From NCBI RefSeq assembly GCF_004010195.1, contig NC_057718.1, positions 44,304,949 to 44,357,311 of the forward strand: DNA of 52,363 nt. Direction: 5' to 3'. Under the pieces are notes generated by a model that did not search any database, was not told where the DNA came from, and saw nothing but the letters and a program-made list of their open reading frames with translations. A program made the translations under genes and the position numbers. The stretch is from Chiloscyllium plagiosum. Lineage: Eukaryota. This document shows, one piece after another, positions 49,905 through 52,363 of the stretch (positions within the stretch are counted from its first letter, which is position 1; each line of letters begins with the position of its first letter).

Positions 49905-50117
49905 GTATGTTCAGTGAATTCTGGAGCATAAACATCGAGTGGATGAACTCGTTCTGGAACAGAGCAAGCCCCGCCTGAAAGCCTGTCTCCTGCCAGCTTT
50001 ATTTCAGTGGACTTAAGCTGAGCAGCAGGAAAATTCACTCCTCCTACCCAACCAAATGGAATTATCAGCTTGTACAGGTTGTTTGCTGACAACCAGACCA
50101 GAAATGTTGACTTATTG
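49905..50117 (+). pseudogene. USH2A: USH2A pseudo-exon homologous to human exon 65 (FN3 repeat)
   Basis: Polypyrimidine tract plus CAG acceptor ending at 49904 and GTAAG donor at 50118. The 71 codons read VCSVNSGA*TSSG*TRSGTEQAPPESLSPASFISVDLS*AAGKFTPPTQPNGIISLYRLFADNQTRNVDLL, aligning without gaps to recalled human VWAVNSAGKAPSSWTWCRTGPAPPEGLRAPTFHVISSTQAVVNISAPGKPNGIVSLYRLF. Stops at 49929, 49944 and 50019. Confidence 0.92.
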
Positions 50118-50589
50118 GTAAGCACCAGTATTGTTGCTTTTATCACTCCTGCAGCTGCAAGGAGGAAGACAAACTAAATACTCATTTATTTTTATTTTAT
50201 CCAAAATGTATATCTGGCATATGCCTCACCATACTTTTAACAATAGTTTAGCATGCCTCAGATACCTTTATCAATGGATATTTCAGGGTCAGTTTATCCC
50301 AAATTGTCTCAACCTCAGCAATTTGGGCAAATTTTCAATCCATTCCTTAACTGCATTTAATCAGTCAATATAAATCAGCAACTTGCTGGAAGGTGGGGGT
50401 CAAATGTCAGTGAGGGACTATGAGGGACCAAAAGTGTTACTTGCTGGTACAAATTTAAATCCCGAGGGTTTGAAGTATGGTCTTACACTAGTTTGTGAAG
50501 GAGAAGCCCCATGTGTATCTGGTGGAACCAAAACAGGTATTAAAATCATTCATAGGACTTAAGGCCTTAATCATGTTCTGAAAGTTCTG

Positions 50590-51546
50590 ATATCAGCATG
50601 GACTCCCAGCCTCAGCACAGACTTCCAGCATCAAGAGTTTCAAGTTGAAGCCAGCACAGACTCCTGGCCTCAGCACAGACTCCCAGCCTCAACATGGACT
50701 TCCGGCCTCAGCATAGACTCTTGGTCTCAGCACAGATTCCTACACTCAATACGGACTTCTGGCCTCAGCACGGACTCTCAGCCTCAGCACAGACTTCCAG
50801 CCTCAAGAAGAAGCCAGCACAGACTCCCGGCCTCAACGTGGACTACTAGCCTCAGCATGAACTCCTGGCCTCAGCACGGACTTCCGGCCTCAGCAAGGAC
50901 TTCTGGCCTCATTGTGGACTTCCAGCCTCAAGAAGAAGCCAGCACAGACTCCCGGCCTCAAAGTGGACTTCTGGCCTCAGCATCGACTCCTGGCCTCAGC
51001 ACAGACGTCTACTCTCAGTACGAACTTCCGGCCTCAGCATGGACTCCCAGCTTCTGCACAGACTTCCAGCCTCAAGAAGAAGCCGGCACAGACTCCTGGC
51101 CTCAACATGGACTTCTAGCCTCAGCATGAACTCCCGGTCTTAGCACGGACACCCAGCCTCAAGGTGAATCCAGAGTGAAATCCCATCCTCAGTGTAGGCT
51201 CCTGGCCTCAGCACAGAATCCTGGCCTTGAGAGCCTCAAGGTGAGGCCAGGTGTGATGGGGAGGCTAGGTGCTGGCATGGACTGGGTTGGAAGAACTATT
51301 ATTCTGAACTTTTTATTTCTTTGTTTTTTTACTTTTTCCTACAATTTTCTATTTTTGTACCTAAGATGGTGTGAAGATCTGTAATGCTGGACAGTTTATT
51401 TTTTTATTTTTCTAATTTTTTCTAAGGATTTATGCATAAGAATCTGTACCTAGGTATATTTGTAGCAAAAGATGGTGCCATAAGTGCTGACTTGTCAACT
51501 TTTCACCTACTTGTGACAATAAAGCTAATTCTATTTCTAATTCTAA
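50590..51546 (+). mobile_element. Unclassified non-autonomous retroposon that appears to carry the minisatellite
   Basis: The array runs into a T-rich segment, gtacctaagatgg motifs and a tail tgtgacaataaagctaattctatttctaattcta; an inverted relative lies at 47170-47810. Confidence 0.5.
50594..51228 (+). repeat. 19-bp minisatellite (about 30 units) with higher-order structure
   Basis: Unit CAGCACAGACTCCTGGCCT and variants; 11-bp spacer CAAGAAGAAGC after runs of 8, 6 and 7 units. Confidence 0.92.
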
Positions 51547-51549
51547 TCA

Positions 51550-51725
51550 TTGGAAACAGTTTGGGTGGAGGGAAGAAATAGAAAAGGAAGTAATTAATTA
51601 CTGGCAGTGGTTTATGTCCCACCTGACAGTAGCTACATTGTAGGACAGAGGATAAATCAATAAATATTGAAAACTAGTAAGAAAGGTACTGCAATAATCT
51701 TGCAAAAGTTTAATCTACATATAGA
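51550..51725 (+). mobile_element. CR1 endonuclease fragment
   Basis: AVVYVPPDSSYIVGQRINQ...KKGTAII...FNLHIE. Confidence 0.6.
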
Positions 51726-51804
51726 AACTTAGAGTCATAAAGCATGGAAACAGACCCAACTATCTTACTGCAGACCAGACATCCCAAACTCACCGAGCCT
51801 CATT

Positions 51805-51826
51805 GAGAGAGAGAGAGAGAGAGAGA
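51805..51826 (+). repeat. (GA)n microsatellite
   Basis: About 11 GA units. Confidence 0.9.
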
Positions 51827-52363
51827 AACTGCACAGTTACTGCCTTTGCTGTTTTTGAATTCATGTATCACTGGTCATCAGAGTGCATCTGGGAAAATTA
51901 ACAAACAGTGAATTTCACAACTAATTTTGGAGGAACCGGTTTGGGCGAAGTTCACAACACAGAATCAGATAAGTTGTTTTAAGTCTGTCCAAGAGAAAGG
52001 CTGTATTCGTGAGTACAGTGGGTTCTTTCTTGATTATTTGTTTTTGGAGATAAGTCTCTTGAAAATATAAGCCATAACTATTAATTTAACCAGGTGCAGT
52101 GTTTTGTAGAGGAATAAGACGGTGTTATTTTCTGGGTTTGTAGATTGTGAAGGATCAAAAATGGCCTTTGCAGTGATATGTACTTCTTGTCAGATGTGGG
52201 AGTTTAAAGAGAGTTTAAGGGTTACTGCGGATTATATCTGCCATAAATGCTGTTGGATGTGAATCTTATCAGATTAAGTGGATTGGTTGGAGACACAGAT
52301 AGAAGCGATGAGGAATTTGCAACAGCAACAGTATGTGATGGATGGCAGTTATAGGAAGAGGGG
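51827..52363 (+). mobile_element. CR1 5' UTR and start of ORF1 (zinc finger / leucine zipper), running off the window
   Basis: From ATG 52161: MAFAVICTSCQMWEFKESLRVTADYICHKCCWM*ILSD*VDWLETQIEAMRNLQ (CxxC...CxxC plus heptad repeat). Confidence 0.8.

Noticed and set aside
49929..50021. Stop-codon readthrough or selenocysteine recoding to rescue USH2A
   Set aside because: Four of the six stops are TAA, and the frameshift and LINE insertion could not be rescued this way.
49901..50146. 81-aa minus-strand ORF in the track
   Set aside because: It is the antisense shadow of the USH2A pseudo-exon; the homology and splice signals are on the + strand.
50594..51228. CRISPR-like array or repetitive protein ORFs (50857-51129, 50912-51118)
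   Set aside because: Units are tandem with no unique spacers, the context is vertebrate with no cas genes, and the ORFs are by-products of the 19-bp period.

Overview
This is eukaryotic, repeat-rich vertebrate DNA. The repeat repertoire (HE1-type tRNA-derived SINEs, CR1 LINEs with matching 3' tails, Deu-domain SINEs, Penelope elements) points to a shark or other elasmobranch; the species cannot be fixed from sequence alone. There are three scaffold gaps and no intact protein-coding gene. The main result, which the ORF track does not show, is two + strand exons homologous to consecutive FN3-encoding exons of usherin (USH2A; human exons 64 and 65 by my recalled numbering), at about 3680-5424 and 49905-50117. 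They are separated by a ~44.5 kb intron and both are disabled: six in-frame stops, a 1-bp frameshift, an apparently lost splice acceptor, and a ~1.43 kb CR1 LINE inserted inside the first exon. This suggests a USH2A pseudogene in this lineage. The rest of the window holds nested mobile-element debris (CR1, Penelope, Gypsy, Harbinger, Tc1/mariner-type MITEs, SINEs). It also has several short Penelope-terminus elements with 12-15 bp target-site duplications and hammerhead-ribozyme core motifs, a 19-bp minisatellite with higher-order structure, and a few repeat-free islands that may be conserved enhancers. All protein homologies are manual translations compared with family sequences recalled from memory; no searches were run.
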